Shown here: piece by piece, positions 12,201 through 21,985 of the stretch
Position numbering within the stretch: position 1 is the first letter of the stretch
How the letters are laid out: every line of letters starts with the position of its first letter
IMG/VR virus record: IMGVR_UViG_3300044844_000928
From: a virus
DNA length: 64,000 nucleotides
Reading direction: 5' to 3' (one strand)
Translations under genes and position numbers: made by a program
Notes under the pieces: generated by a model
The model's database searches: none
Seen by the model: only the letters and a program-made list of their open reading frames with translations
Told to the model about the DNA's origin: nothing

Positions 12201-12523
12201 ATCTATTTGCTACACTAGCAGGAATCTCTAAAGTGGGCTCTTACACAGGTAACGGAACAAGTCAAAATATCGAATGTGGATTTGCAGCAGGCGCAAGATT
12301 TGTCTTGGTAAAAGCTACCTCAACTACTGGTGACTGGTTAGTGGCAGATACTGCTAGAGGAATCGTATCTGGAAGTGAACCAAGATTATCTCTTAATTCA
12401 ACAGCGGCTGAAGTTACTGGTGAAGATTGGTTAGATCCTTATGCGCCTGGATTTACGGTAAACCAAACAACTGCTTCAGCAAATGCTTCTGGAGTATCCT
12501 ACATCTTCTTAGCAATTTCTTAG
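9275..12523 (+). CDS. Tail-fibre-associated or receptor-binding virion protein with YTGNG repeats and a propeller-like insert
   Basis: DVFSTYLYTGNG, FFDVVTWTGNG, GSYTGNG and YIYMAI repeats; DSS.NIY blades; followed by a chaperone gene. Confidence 0.65.
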   Translation: MFTLAANRSDEEGQLYSDDVFSTYLYTGNGSTQTINNGISLASTTGFSSQVVSTTGSANISCSAIYGSDTYLGGYVTESTYGRPFIVKVSGGSVVWSKTIREVDFGPHDFVGTTSIKVDSTGVYVCGGTVSSSTWYTFVCKFDLSGTLLWQTYIKTNNANYPAIRSKLTIDESNQVYVASTAGDAEGSGYVQITKLTSSGVQSWSKKLDRYTTMDVNIAYDSLTSSIIVSTTSSDGVTNATIIIKIASSDGTLAWSKLIYYTLQNFDPGTTRVKNILIDSSSNIILQILATSMNSNNSQASHIIKLNSSGATVFGRAGYNSLRSASYKYYTSCLDSSDNIYVSSYNYTENGLNYIFKLNSSGTLIWSRTLDHTGRDAVIGMVISGNNLIITCYDEVKNTTEIITLDKDNPRDSATTSVGTIGLTTGNWVDSTAYGAIANYVTDGSTTYGAASAIVVGTANLTINNPVGTLSSTAATNYSAINSSGGMVWLKGRSVGSNNTIFDTARGTMKYLLTNSVTSSQNNAPYGIDSFNSNGFGWTNDPTNDYNMSGATYVSWTFRKAPKFFDVVTWTGNGTDDGSKLIQHSLGSVPGMIVAKKTTSTGDWCVKHRSNGTNNGILLNSTAAEAGYGFANNINGLGAATSTQFPVRANLNDAGANYVAYLFAHDTSSTGIIQCGSYTGSASTVSINLGWEPQYVLIKPSTTASGWVIVDSMRGTPVGGQNARLYADASYSEGTGINGPVSPTATGFTVPSTDIGWNNNGQTYIYMAIRRPNKPPTTGTQVYNAITRTGTGAAATVTGVGFAPDLVQISQRPLGAGKNWVWVTRLCGNAVMLSSDNSGAEFTNSVVIQSDSLSTTMDGFRIQTANPVNSASYTYINYSLKRAPGFFDEVCYTGNGVLGQTYNHNLTVSPELIIIKARNSARNWAVYPNTLSSGLYLNLTGSFSDYGSRFTSISSTTFGVQNDESTNFSGYTYVAYLFATLAGISKVGSYTGNGTSQNIECGFAAGARFVLVKATSTTGDWLVADTARGIVSGSEPRLSLNSTAAEVTGEDWLDPYAPGFTVNQTTASANASGVSYIFLAIS

Positions 12524-12531
12524 GAAACAAA

Positions 12532-13011
12532 ATGGAAATTATCTTTACAAAAACACTACAAGTGGTTTCTGAACAGGAATTCAGAAACCTTAATGCTAAC
12601 ACTAGTTTCCCTCCAATCATTACTGAAGATATCCTAGCAGATTTTGGTGCTGCTCCAGTGTTTGAAGGTGAACAAGCTACTACGACTACGCCTTATCAAT
12701 ATTCATTCCGTGATGGTGTTAAAGAGGTAAATGGAAAATATTTTACAAATTATGTTCTAGGACCAGTCTTTACTGATAACGAGAACCAAACTGCTCTTGA
12801 ACAAGAAGCTGAATACAAAGCACGAATTGATGACCAACAAGGTACTTCGGTAAGAACCTCAAGAAACCAGTTATTGAAGGACACTGATTGGACTCAAGTA
12901 TTGGATGCTCCAGTTGATAAAGATGCTTGGTCAACTTACAGACAAGAATTGAGAGATGTTACCACCCAAGAAGGATTTCCTTTTACTATAGTTTGGCCAA
13001 CTCAACCATAA
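12532..13011 (+). CDS. Tail fibre assembly chaperone
   Basis: RNQLLKDTDWTQ..D.P...W..YRQELRD...GFP...WP motif; start moved to the ATG at 12532 behind an AGGA RBS. Confidence 0.8.
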   Translation: MEIIFTKTLQVVSEQEFRNLNANTSFPPIITEDILADFGAAPVFEGEQATTTTPYQYSFRDGVKEVNGKYFTNYVLGPVFTDNENQTALEQEAEYKARIDDQQGTSVRTSRNQLLKDTDWTQVLDAPVDKDAWSTYRQELRDVTTQEGFPFTIVWPTQP

Positions 13012-13015
13012 AATT

Positions 13016-13066
13016 ATGACACCATTACTACTAGCACAATTTAGCAATCTTGCTTATAACCGCTAA
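13016..13066 (+). pseudogene. 16-codon remnant of a lipase gene N-terminus
   Basis: MTPLLLAQFSNLAYNR* aligns with MITPLMMAKFSELAYTD of the lipase at 22301. Confidence 0.55.
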
Positions 13067-13105
13067 ATAATTAAACACATCAAGAAACAATTAAAAGGAT
13101 TTAAA

Positions 13106-13522
13106 ATGAATGAGACTATTCCACTGGTTGCCAAACTGTTTAGTAGTTTTTCAGCATTTCTTGGTGGTATCAGTATCGGTTTATTTTGGCAACCAAAACA
13201 GCTCCATAAATACGGTGAATTCGTAGCCGGTTTAATGATTGGCGGGATGTCAATCGGAGCTAGTTTTGCGCTTTGTGGGATTGCTTTGCGCATGCTTGAA
13301 ATACCGCCTACTGATACTGAATCTATAATGGGAGTTGGTTATATTATCGGAATTTGTGCTGTGGGTGTGTTATCATTCATAGCCAAATTTTTCGATAATA
13401 GAGAAGGGCAAGATATTCTTGAAGTGACTCAAGAATTGCGTAAAACAGCTCCAAAGGCTACCAGAAAGCCGCCTACTAAACCAAGAAAACCTAGAACACC
13501 AAAAGAACCAACCGGTAAATAA
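13106..13522 (+). CDS. Membrane protein, putative holin
   Basis: Three hydrophobic segments, basic C-terminus, late promoter at 13063. Confidence 0.5.
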   Translation: MNETIPLVAKLFSSFSAFLGGISIGLFWQPKQLHKYGEFVAGLMIGGMSIGASFALCGIALRMLEIPPTDTESIMGVGYIIGICAVGVLSFIAKFFDNREGQDILEVTQELRKTAPKATRKPPTKPRKPRTPKEPTGK

Positions 13523-13524
13523 AC

Positions 13525-13911
13525 ATGATAGCAGACGTTGGATTTGTAGCATTAACATTTTTTAATATACTTGCTTCCGTAATATTGTTTTGCGGCTTAC
13601 TTAGCGACAGACTTCGTTTGTATCCAGTTTGGCATAAAATAGGGTTACTGTTAGCTGTTGTTGGGTTACTTTCACAAGTATTCAGAAACATCATTTATTT
13701 GGGAACTGGCGTGTCGCCTAGTGATGCGACTTTACCACTTTGGGCATGTAAAGATATTGGTATTGACATAATAGCCTTTTATTATTTTAGCAAAGCAGTC
13801 GAGCGTTTTTTGGATAAAAAACAAGCTGTCGTTGTTCCAGACAAAATGTTAAAAGCAGTTAAACCAACGCCGGTTAGAAAGCCAAGAGCCAAAAAAGAAA
13901 TTGGTAAATAA
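13525..13911 (+). CDS. Membrane protein, putative lysis or holin partner
   Basis: Two to three transmembrane segments and a basic tail. Confidence 0.45.
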   Translation: MIADVGFVALTFFNILASVILFCGLLSDRLRLYPVWHKIGLLLAVVGLLSQVFRNIIYLGTGVSPSDATLPLWACKDIGIDIIAFYYFSKAVERFLDKKQAVVVPDKMLKAVKPTPVRKPRAKKEIGK

Positions 13912-13950
13912 CATATAAATATAGTAATCGAATTTATAAGGATATGAACA

Positions 13951-14661
13951 ATGGCATCATTAACCCTAAGAAACGTCAAGGGTTCTCCTCTTACAAACCA
14001 AGAAGGGGATGATAATCTATCAGCACTTAATACCGAACTAGGTACTAAGCAAGCAACATTAGTTTCTGGTACCAATATCAAAACCATCAATAACACTAGC
14101 ATTTTAGGTTCTGGTGACATAACTATTTCTGGTGGCGGCGGTTCAAGTTTAATTCCTACTGCTATAAAAACATCTGCCTATACTGCTTCAGCTAACGATC
14201 TTGTTAGATGTGATACGACTTCTGGCGCTTTTTCTGTAACTTTGCCTGCTAGTCCTGCTGATGGTACTTCTATTGCATTCTTGGATATGGCAAATACATT
14301 TGCTACAAATTATCTAACAATATTACCTAACACTGGAAAGACAATTGAATCAGATGCTACTTCTTATATTCTTGACATTAATGGTACTGCTGTATCGTTT
14401 GTTTATAATCTAGCATCAACCAATTGGAGATTATTACAAACTCCATCTGTACCATTAGCATCAGGAAGTTCAATAGTCAATACAGGAGCTTCTACTAATG
14501 TTACTGGTATTCTATTGGGCAATGGAACATCGTTATCTGGAGTAGCACCAGGAACATCTGGAAATATCCTAACAAGCAATGGAACAACTTGGGTTTCTAC
14601 TACTTCTACAGCAGCTTCAACCGGCAAAGCAATTGCCATGTCTATCGTTTTTGGAGGTTAA
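13951..14661 (+). CDS. Tail-fibre-related structural protein
   Basis: N-terminus is paralogous to the protein at 7535; LVSGTNIKTIN motif; GKAIAMSIVFG C-terminus. Confidence 0.65.
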   Translation: MASLTLRNVKGSPLTNQEGDDNLSALNTELGTKQATLVSGTNIKTINNTSILGSGDITISGGGGSSLIPTAIKTSAYTASANDLVRCDTTSGAFSVTLPASPADGTSIAFLDMANTFATNYLTILPNTGKTIESDATSYILDINGTAVSFVYNLASTNWRLLQTPSVPLASGSSIVNTGASTNVTGILLGNGTSLSGVAPGTSGNILTSNGTTWVSTTSTAASTGKAIAMSIVFGG

Positions 14662-15051
14662 ATGGCAGCGCCTAATATCGTCGGTGTGACAACCATCACT
14701 GGCAAAACAACTTACTTGACACCATCAGTAAACACTAATGTCGTATTGCTACCCAATGCTGCGTCTAGTGGAAAAGTCATAAAATTAAATAACATTATGG
14801 CTACTAATGTTGATGGTACTAATTCAATTAATGCTACAATAGCACTTTATACTAATGGTTCAGTTGCTCAAGGTAGTGCTCCATCTGGAGGTACAGCATA
14901 TCCATTAATCTATACAGTGGCAGTTCCGGCGGGTTCAGCATTATCTCTATTAGATAAATCTGTTTATCTTGAAGAAAATATGTCTGTTATAGTTACTTCA
15001 GGAACTGCAAGCAAAATAAATTATACAGTTTCTTACGAAGAGATTTCATAA
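14662..15051 (+). CDS. Virion structural protein
   Basis: MAAPNIV...YLEE...SYEEIS family, often found next to tail fibre genes. Confidence 0.6.
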   Translation: MAAPNIVGVTTITGKTTYLTPSVNTNVVLLPNAASSGKVIKLNNIMATNVDGTNSINATIALYTNGSVAQGSAPSGGTAYPLIYTVAVPAGSALSLLDKSVYLEENMSVIVTSGTASKINYTVSYEEIS

Positions 15052-16121
15052 TGTCAAGATATCAAGGTGGCATGATTGGCAGTGTTGCTAATACTCCTAG
15101 CGGAACTGCATATACGGGTAGAGCAAATGGAGTATTTCCGCTGCCTCAACAAATTGTAGCAAAAAGTTCATCCTTATGGGCAATAGGTCAAACAGTACCT
15201 AATGCACCGACTATAGGGACTGCTACTGGTAATGGTAGTACTTCAATATCAGTGGCATTTATTCCTCCAGTTCAAAATGGTGGATCTAGTATTACAAGTT
15301 ATACTGTCACGAGTTCTGGTGGTCAAACAGCTACAGGAGCAAGCTCTCCGATTGTTGTTAGCGGCTTAACCACTAGCACAGCTTACACGTTTACCGTAAC
15401 AGCTACTAATGCAGTAGGTACAAGTATTAGCTCTGGAACATCTAATAGTACAACTCCAGCAATTACTGACCCATATTTTAGTTCGGTTAGTTTGTTGTTG
15501 AATGGTGATGGTACTAATGGCTCACAGGTATTCACTGATTTGAGTAATAGTCCTAAGACTATTACTACTAACGGTAATGCACAAATTAGCACAAGTACTA
15601 AGAAATATGGTACTGGTGCTATGTATTTTGATGGTGCGGGTGATTATTTGAGCACACCTAGCAGTAGTGGGTTTAATTTTGGAACAAGCAATTTTACATT
15701 GGAATTATTTTTAAATGTCGCAGGCGTAGGATCCGGAGATAGGTTTATTATTGATTCTAGCAACGCTCAAAACATTTTATTTAGATGGGCGAGTGGCGGT
15801 GAATTGCAATTTTATGCAGTCATTAATGGTTCAGTGCAGCAGATTCTATCAGCTCCTAAAAATTTAATTGTTGGGACATGGTACCACTTGGCTGTCGTAA
15901 GAAGCGGATCTAATTTTTATTTATATGTAAATGGTATAAACGTTAATAGCTCTACAAATACTGGCAGTTTGAATACCACTAATACTGTAGGAATTAACAT
16001 TGGAGGTCAATCATCCGGGGACTACTTTAATGGATACATCGATGATCTAAGAATAACAAAAGGCGTTGCTCGATACACAACCAACTTTACACCACCAACA
16101 TCGGCATTCCCAACTTCATGA
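15051..16121 (+). CDS. FN3 plus LamG/concanavalin-like domain protein (putative adhesin)
   Basis: FN3: P.APTIGTA..GGSSITSYTV..YTFTVTATNAVG. LamG: WYHLAVVR..YIDDLRITKGVARY. Confidence 0.8.
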   Translation: MSRYQGGMIGSVANTPSGTAYTGRANGVFPLPQQIVAKSSSLWAIGQTVPNAPTIGTATGNGSTSISVAFIPPVQNGGSSITSYTVTSSGGQTATGASSPIVVSGLTTSTAYTFTVTATNAVGTSISSGTSNSTTPAITDPYFSSVSLLLNGDGTNGSQVFTDLSNSPKTITTNGNAQISTSTKKYGTGAMYFDGAGDYLSTPSSSGFNFGTSNFTLELFLNVAGVGSGDRFIIDSSNAQNILFRWASGGELQFYAVINGSVQQILSAPKNLIVGTWYHLAVVRSGSNFYLYVNGINVNSSTNTGSLNTTNTVGINIGGQSSGDYFNGYIDDLRITKGVARYTTNFTPPTSAFPTS

Positions 16122-16130
16122 GGATAAAAC

Positions 16131-16472
16131 ATGTCTAAAAGTTTATCACAAACCTTAAGAGGAACAAACTACGGTACTTTGCCTGTATCAGCGGGCGGTA
16201 CGGGACTGACATCACCAGGAACTGCTGGATATATTTTGACTTCTAATGGTACAGCATGGGTATCTCAAGCCGCTCCAGTATCATTGCCTGATCAGACCGG
16301 TAATGCTAATAAATACTTAAGAACAGACGGTGCGACTGCCTCATGGACTTCTATAGCATCATCACTTCAAGTATTAAATCATTCATCATCGGTGATTCAA
16401 GTTGCATTAGCAAACGGGTATCTTCCTGTGTTGAATCATTCAGAAACAACAATTAACGTGAGCGTGAGCTAA
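16131..16472 (+). CDS. Tail-fibre-related protein
   Basis: LPVSAGGTG and LTSNGT.W motifs. Confidence 0.55.
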   Translation: MSKSLSQTLRGTNYGTLPVSAGGTGLTSPGTAGYILTSNGTAWVSQAAPVSLPDQTGNANKYLRTDGATASWTSIASSLQVLNHSSSVIQVALANGYLPVLNHSETTINVSVS

Positions 16473-17248
16473 TGACAGCACGATACCCTCTAGTCCTAAA
16501 CGGGACAGCTATTCAAGAATTACAAACCGGCGACACTATAACAGGGTTAGCTGCTTCAGGCGAAAATAGCGATATTACATCGCTTTCTGCTTTGACAACT
16601 GCGTTAACAGTAGCGCAAGGCGGTTCTGGCGCGACAACATTAACCGGCGTAGTAAAAGGTAATGGAACAAGTGCTTTTACCGCAGCGACCGCAGGAACAG
16701 ATTATGTTGCACCGAGCGGAGCATTAGGTACACCCTCTAGCGGCACACTAACAAACTGTACCTTTCCAACGCTTAATCAAAACACCACAGGGACAGCAGC
16801 TAACTTATCTGGTACGCCTACATTACCTTCTGGCATTACACTTAGCGCATCAACACTAGGTGGTAACTTAACGGGTGGTGATTATTCACTGACCCGAACA
16901 ATGTATAAAGATACAGGTTGGGTTTACTACAATAGCAGTACCACAGCGGCTTTAGATTTTACTAACGGCTCTCAGCAACGCTGGGCACCAACGGCTTCAA
17001 GCAGCCCTACGTTAACAATTACAAACTGGCCACCATCAGGTAACTTAGGTGAGCTTTTAATTGAAGGAGTTAACTTGGGTGCAGCAGGTACAATCACATG
17101 GCCTACCATTAACTGGATTACCTCTACAGGCGCAACAACAACGACATTTGCTTCTAATGGTGTGACTTTGCAAACGTCTGGTACAGACTGGTGCTTACTT
17201 TGGACTCGCGATGAGGGTACAACCATTTATGGGAAGTTTGTGCGATGA
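16472..17248 (+). CDS. Tail-fibre-related protein
   Basis: Shares KGNG..A.TAATAGTDYVAP with the protein at 7535. Confidence 0.6.
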   Translation: MTARYPLVLNGTAIQELQTGDTITGLAASGENSDITSLSALTTALTVAQGGSGATTLTGVVKGNGTSAFTAATAGTDYVAPSGALGTPSSGTLTNCTFPTLNQNTTGTAANLSGTPTLPSGITLSASTLGGNLTGGDYSLTRTMYKDTGWVYYNSSTTAALDFTNGSQQRWAPTASSSPTLTITNWPPSGNLGELLIEGVNLGAAGTITWPTINWITSTGATTTTFASNGVTLQTSGTDWCLLWTRDEGTTIYGKFVR

Positions 17249-17940
17249 CTATGTTATCGAGATTTGCTACGCTTGGTGGAGGGGGCGGAGGGGGCGGAGG
17301 TGACCCTTATTGGGATAATGTGTCTTTACTAATTGTTGGTAATGGTGCTAATGGTACGACTACTAATATTAAAGATTCATCAAAAAACAATTTACCCATT
17401 ACTGTTCATTCAGGGACGATAATTAGTACAGGTCAAAGTAAATATGGTAGTGGGTCAATACTTGCTAATAGCGGATACTTATCCACTCCATCAACGGCTG
17501 TACTACAATTAAATTCAACATCTTTTACTATAGAAGGATGGGTATATCCGACAGGTGGGTCTAGCTATAGGTCTTTTCTTAGTAAACGAACAGGTGGGAC
17601 TGCTGAATATGAAGTTGGTATGGGTCCTAGTGGGTACCTATATGTTTATATAGGCATGGTTGTTTATCAAACAGCAACCGCAATTACTCTAAATACATGG
17701 ACATATATTACAGTTACTTACGATGGGACAAATTTAAGATTGTTTCAAAACGGCAACTTATTATTGACACAATCTATGAGTGGCGCGGGTTCTGGTACAG
17801 GTTTCTTAGTTTTTTTCAGGGAAGCTGGGACACTTCAGCAACAATATGTAGGGTATCTATATGATGTTAGGATAACTAAAAGCGTGGCTAGGTACACATC
17901 TACTTTTACACCACCTACCGAACCATTCCCAATAGGATAA
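17245..17940 (+). CDS. LamG/concanavalin-like domain protein
   Basis: FTIEGW..WTYI..VRITKSVARY; paralogue of the C-terminus of 15051; poly-Gly linker. Confidence 0.8.
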   Translation: MTMLSRFATLGGGGGGGGGDPYWDNVSLLIVGNGANGTTTNIKDSSKNNLPITVHSGTIISTGQSKYGSGSILANSGYLSTPSTAVLQLNSTSFTIEGWVYPTGGSSYRSFLSKRTGGTAEYEVGMGPSGYLYVYIGMVVYQTATAITLNTWTYITVTYDGTNLRLFQNGNLLLTQSMSGAGSGTGFLVFFREAGTLQQQYVGYLYDVRITKSVARYTSTFTPPTEPFPIG

Positions 17941-17944
17941 AAAC

Positions 17945-18514
17945 ATGAAAATAGCCATAATTGAAAATAACCAAATCCTATCTCACGGTGAGCATACAGA
18001 GGTTTTTCCTAACGTATCTTTTCCGCCTGAAGGTCTTGATTTAATGTGGGCGCAAGAGCGCAATGCGTATCAGATACAGTCTGATAAAGCGCATTCACAA
18101 ACAGAAAAACTAACCTTTGTTGAGCCGTATATTGAAGGCGGTGTAGTATTTGATGTGATTGTTGAAGCTAAAACACAAGATGAGCTAGACGCTGAAAAAA
18201 CACAAAAAGCCAATGAAGTGCGGTATAGACGCAACGCTTTGCTCACACAGTCAGATTGGACTCAAGTTGCTGATGTTCAAGTCGATAAAGCAATATGGGC
18301 AGAATATAGACAAGCACTACGAGATATTACCCTTCAAGAAGGATTCCCATTCGACATTATTTGGCCATCTCAGCACAAATCTATACCAGTTGAATCTAGC
18401 ATTCCCGCAGAAGTTCCAGTTAATATTCCGGAAGAAATAAGCATTTCGGAAGAACCAGTAATTGATATTCCAGCTGGAAGTTCCGATTCAATAGATAGTA
18501 TAAATATACTGTAG
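17945..18514 (+). CDS. Tail fibre assembly chaperone (second copy)
   Basis: RNALLTQSDWTQ...WAEYRQALRDI..Q.GFP. Confidence 0.8.
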   Translation: MKIAIIENNQILSHGEHTEVFPNVSFPPEGLDLMWAQERNAYQIQSDKAHSQTEKLTFVEPYIEGGVVFDVIVEAKTQDELDAEKTQKANEVRYRRNALLTQSDWTQVADVQVDKAIWAEYRQALRDITLQEGFPFDIIWPSQHKSIPVESSIPAEVPVNIPEEISISEEPVIDIPAGSSDSIDSINIL

Positions 18515-18548
18515 TAGTGAATTTTATAAATAATAATGAGGAATAATA

Positions 18549-18743
18549 ATGGCGTTAATCTTTACAACTAAAGGTGATCTTGAAGAATCTCTGTTAATCA
18601 AAACTGAAGGTTCAGATGAATCAGATAATGAAATTTCAAATTGGACTGAGTACCATCTTGATGGTGAACTAGTCAGACGTGATGTTCATTTAATCCTTAA
18701 ACAACCGGCTACATTTACAGAAACAGTAATAGGAGAATTTTAA
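18549..18743 (+). CDS. Hypothetical protein
   Basis: GAGG RBS; EY.LDGELVRRDVH motif. Confidence 0.55.
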   Translation: MALIFTTKGDLEESLLIKTEGSDESDNEISNWTEYHLDGELVRRDVHLILKQPATFTETVIGEF

Positions 18744-18744
18744 A

Positions 18745-19203
18745 ATGGCCAATACTCAGGCAATGGCAACTAGTTTTAAACAAGATATTCTTAATGGTAT
18801 TCATGCTTTTGGGACAACTGTTGTTCGTGCAGCAACTACAAAGGATACATTTAAGGCGGCGTTATACTTAACATCTGCAACAGTAAATGCATCTACAACT
18901 GCATACTCATCAACTGGTGAAGTAACAGGAACAGGATATACCGCTGGTGGGGTTGCGGTTACAACTGCAACTGCTCCAACAACTTCAGGAACAACAGCAT
19001 TTTTTACACCATCAGCATCTATTGTATTTTCTGGAGTTACCTTGAGCACCGCATTTGATGCTGTTCTTATCTATAACGATACGGCTTCAGGTAAAAACGC
19101 GGTTTCTGTGCATACCTTTGGCGCTCAAACAGTTACAGCTGGAACGTTCACTTTGACTATGCCGACTAATGACGCTTCTAATGCGTTAATCAGAATTGCA
19201 TAA
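18745..19203 (+). CDS. Virion structural protein
   Basis: SFKQ.IL.G.H.F...FK.ALY...GYTAGG...A.IRIA family. Confidence 0.6.
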   Translation: MANTQAMATSFKQDILNGIHAFGTTVVRAATTKDTFKAALYLTSATVNASTTAYSSTGEVTGTGYTAGGVAVTTATAPTTSGTTAFFTPSASIVFSGVTLSTAFDAVLIYNDTASGKNAVSVHTFGAQTVTAGTFTLTMPTNDASNALIRIA

Positions 19204-19305
19204 TAAATAATTGTAAATCTTATATTATTATTTGTGTATATAATACGATAATTGATATGATATAAGTGCTAGTCTAACTAATTTGCAAAGGATGCCTACA
19301 AGTTA

Positions 19306-21966
19306 ATGTCTATTATATCTAACAATTCATCGTATTATCTTAGTGATTTTATAGATGCAAGTTACATGGAATCTGGCTTCATTACGATGGGGTCAGGTTT
19401 TGTTGCGTCTGTAAATCATATAGCTTACATACCGCTAATTGGTGTATCCGCAACCGTTAATATAGGTACAGTAGGATATTCAACTTCAAATACCGTATCT
19501 ATTTCTGGTAATACTGCTACATCAGCAGTAGGAACAGAACCAACCACAAATTCAATAGCTACTTTATCTGTCTTTGCTACAGGTAGCGTAAACTCATTTG
19601 TTTCTAATGTTACAGTCAGTATAACTGGAAATTCTGCCGCTGTATCGGTAGGCTTAGTTGCGCAATCTTCTCAAATTGCAAGTACAGGTAACACATTAAC
19701 ATCAAATACTGGTACAGTAACAAATTCTAAAAATATTAGTGTTGCAAATGTCGCAGCATCTATATTATTGAATTCGTTGACACCAACTTCAACTTACTCC
19801 ACGTCTGGTGTATTTGTTGGTTCTGTTGTTGGGGATTTAACAAAATTAACCTCTATTGGGTTAACCGGTAATACAGCATCAACTGCTATCGGGTCTGAAC
19901 CCAATAACACCATAATAGGTTTAACCGGTAATACAGCATCAACTGTTATAGGAATAGTTGGTAATAGTATCAGTGCAGGGTTAACCGAAAACTTTGGGTT
20001 TATATCTTTATCTAATGTATATACATCTAGTGAGTTAAATTTAACTGGCACTGTAGCATCAACTGCTATCGGGTCTGAACCTAACAATACTGTTGTTGGT
20101 TTAACCGGTACTGTAGCATCGGTATCACAAAACAATTTAATTGCAAGTCAATTTGGTGGGTATAGTGTTTCAAATGTAACAGGCGTCAGTTATATTGGAA
20201 ACATAAACGCAAATGTATCTATTGGTATACAAGGAAATGAAACTTCTCTTGTAACTGGGTCAGTATCAACTAACCTTTTGTTTGATGTTTATGGAAACTC
20301 TATAGTTGGTTATGTAGGCGACATATCTAAATTTAATTCTGTAACATTAAACGGTAATACAGCATCAACTGCTATTGGTTCCGAGCCTAACAATACTGTT
20401 GTTGGTTTAACCGGTACTGTGGCATCAAATGTTACAGGAATAGTTGGTAATAACATCAGTATAGGGTTAAACGGAAATACATCTTTATTTACAGTAAATA
20501 ATTTAGTCGCAAGTCAATTAGCAGGGGTTACACTTGCCGGTAATGTTGCTGTAACTACAAATGGAATAACAAGTCCAGGACAGATAGCACAAATATCTGG
20601 AAACCAAGTATCATCTAGCGTTGATACTTTCCAAATTGTCAACTCTAAAAATTTAACCTATGTTTCTATCAGTTCAAACATAGGTAATGTTGATAAAACA
20701 AATACATCGTCAATTTCCGGTAACTCTGCTGTTATATCTGTCGGAAATGAGCCTAATAATACTGTTGTTGGTTTAACAAATGTTTTATCAAATTTAACAA
20801 TAGGAAATATAGGAAAGGCAAATAGTGTTGATGCAATAGGAAACACAGCGGTAACTTCTATTGGGACGCAAAATAAGTCTATAACGGTACAACTATCTAA
20901 TGTTGTTGGGTTTGCTCAAATCGGGACAGGCGCAATATCTGAAAGACTTGCTGGAAATACAGCAAGTACATACATCAATAATGTAACTAAATCTAGTTCT
21001 GTATCGTTAACCGGCGCGGTGGCAAATGGATTTGCTGGATACGAATCAAAAAATAATACTGTAGGATTAAGCGGCGTTGGTTCTGTAGCTTTTGTAAAAG
21101 ATTTAATTGGAACAATAAATGTTTCTACGACAGGAAATAATTTAACATCGCAATTAAATTCAATACAGAATGTATACACTGACAAATCGATACAAGGAAA
21201 TTTAGCATCAATATCTCTTGGTGCAGAACCAACAAATGTTAATGTTACATTAAGCGGCGTTGTTTTAAACGCATCAATAGGTAATGTAAATGTAAATAAA
21301 ACAAATACTGTTGATGGTAATTCTACGTCTGTATTTGTTGGTACCACAAATAATTATGTTACAGTAGGATTAAGCGGTAATTCTACTTCTGTATTTGTTG
21401 GTTCTGAAACTCCAAATTATGTTTCACCAGTAGTAGGTGAACATATATCAACTGAAACAGGTGTCACAGGAAGTTCTATTACACTCACTCTTAGTGGAGT
21501 AGAAGCGACAACTGTAGCTGGTAGAGTTTACCTTAACACTTTGAAAGGTAACTCTGCGGAAGTTTATGCTGGAACGACAAACTCTAACGTCATTGTCAAT
21601 TTACGCGGTAATGTTTCGTTTGGAAGAGTTAATACTGTATCAAAATCATCTTATGTTGGTGTACATGGTGTTGAAGCTGTTGGCGAATTTAACATTGACC
21701 CAGAAAATAAAGCAGCAAAATTAACCCGTGTCAGTGCTATTTGCTCAGTTGGAAATGTTACGGCTAAAACTAACACCAAATTAATTGGAAATATTGCTAC
21801 TGTCACCTTAAATACAGGCGCGGCTGAATCTGTTATCGGTGTTGTTAGGTGTAGAGTTAAATGTAGGTTCAATACAAAATACTCAATTAAACCTAAGTTT
21901 GGGGTTCAACTAAACAAACAATCTAAATTTGTCACAGTGTATAGCATCAAGACAAAAGTTTTTTAA
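19306..21966 (+). CDS. Repetitive S/G/N/V-rich structural (fibre-like) protein
   Basis: Tandem ~21-aa repeats (GLTGNTASTAIGSEPNNTVV). Confidence 0.6.
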   Translation: MSIISNNSSYYLSDFIDASYMESGFITMGSGFVASVNHIAYIPLIGVSATVNIGTVGYSTSNTVSISGNTATSAVGTEPTTNSIATLSVFATGSVNSFVSNVTVSITGNSAAVSVGLVAQSSQIASTGNTLTSNTGTVTNSKNISVANVAASILLNSLTPTSTYSTSGVFVGSVVGDLTKLTSIGLTGNTASTAIGSEPNNTIIGLTGNTASTVIGIVGNSISAGLTENFGFISLSNVYTSSELNLTGTVASTAIGSEPNNTVVGLTGTVASVSQNNLIASQFGGYSVSNVTGVSYIGNINANVSIGIQGNETSLVTGSVSTNLLFDVYGNSIVGYVGDISKFNSVTLNGNTASTAIGSEPNNTVVGLTGTVASNVTGIVGNNISIGLNGNTSLFTVNNLVASQLAGVTLAGNVAVTTNGITSPGQIAQISGNQVSSSVDTFQIVNSKNLTYVSISSNIGNVDKTNTSSISGNSAVISVGNEPNNTVVGLTNVLSNLTIGNIGKANSVDAIGNTAVTSIGTQNKSITVQLSNVVGFAQIGTGAISERLAGNTASTYINNVTKSSSVSLTGAVANGFAGYESKNNTVGLSGVGSVAFVKDLIGTINVSTTGNNLTSQLNSIQNVYTDKSIQGNLASISLGAEPTNVNVTLSGVVLNASIGNVNVNKTNTVDGNSTSVFVGTTNNYVTVGLSGNSTSVFVGSETPNYVSPVVGEHISTETGVTGSSITLTLSGVEATTVAGRVYLNTLKGNSAEVYAGTTNSNVIVNLRGNVSFGRVNTVSKSSYVGVHGVEAVGEFNIDPENKAAKLTRVSAICSVGNVTAKTNTKLIGNIATVTLNTGAAESVIGVVRCRVKCRFNTKYSIKPKFGVQLNKQSKFVTVYSIKTKVF

Positions 21967-21985
21967 CAATTAAAAAGGTAAACCA

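Noticed and set aside
17275-17301. G-rich tract as a phase-variation or G-quadruplex site
   Set aside because: It encodes an in-frame poly-Gly linker.
19840-20780. Repeated DNA blocks in the 886-aa gene
   Set aside because: They encode the protein's ~21-aa repeats.
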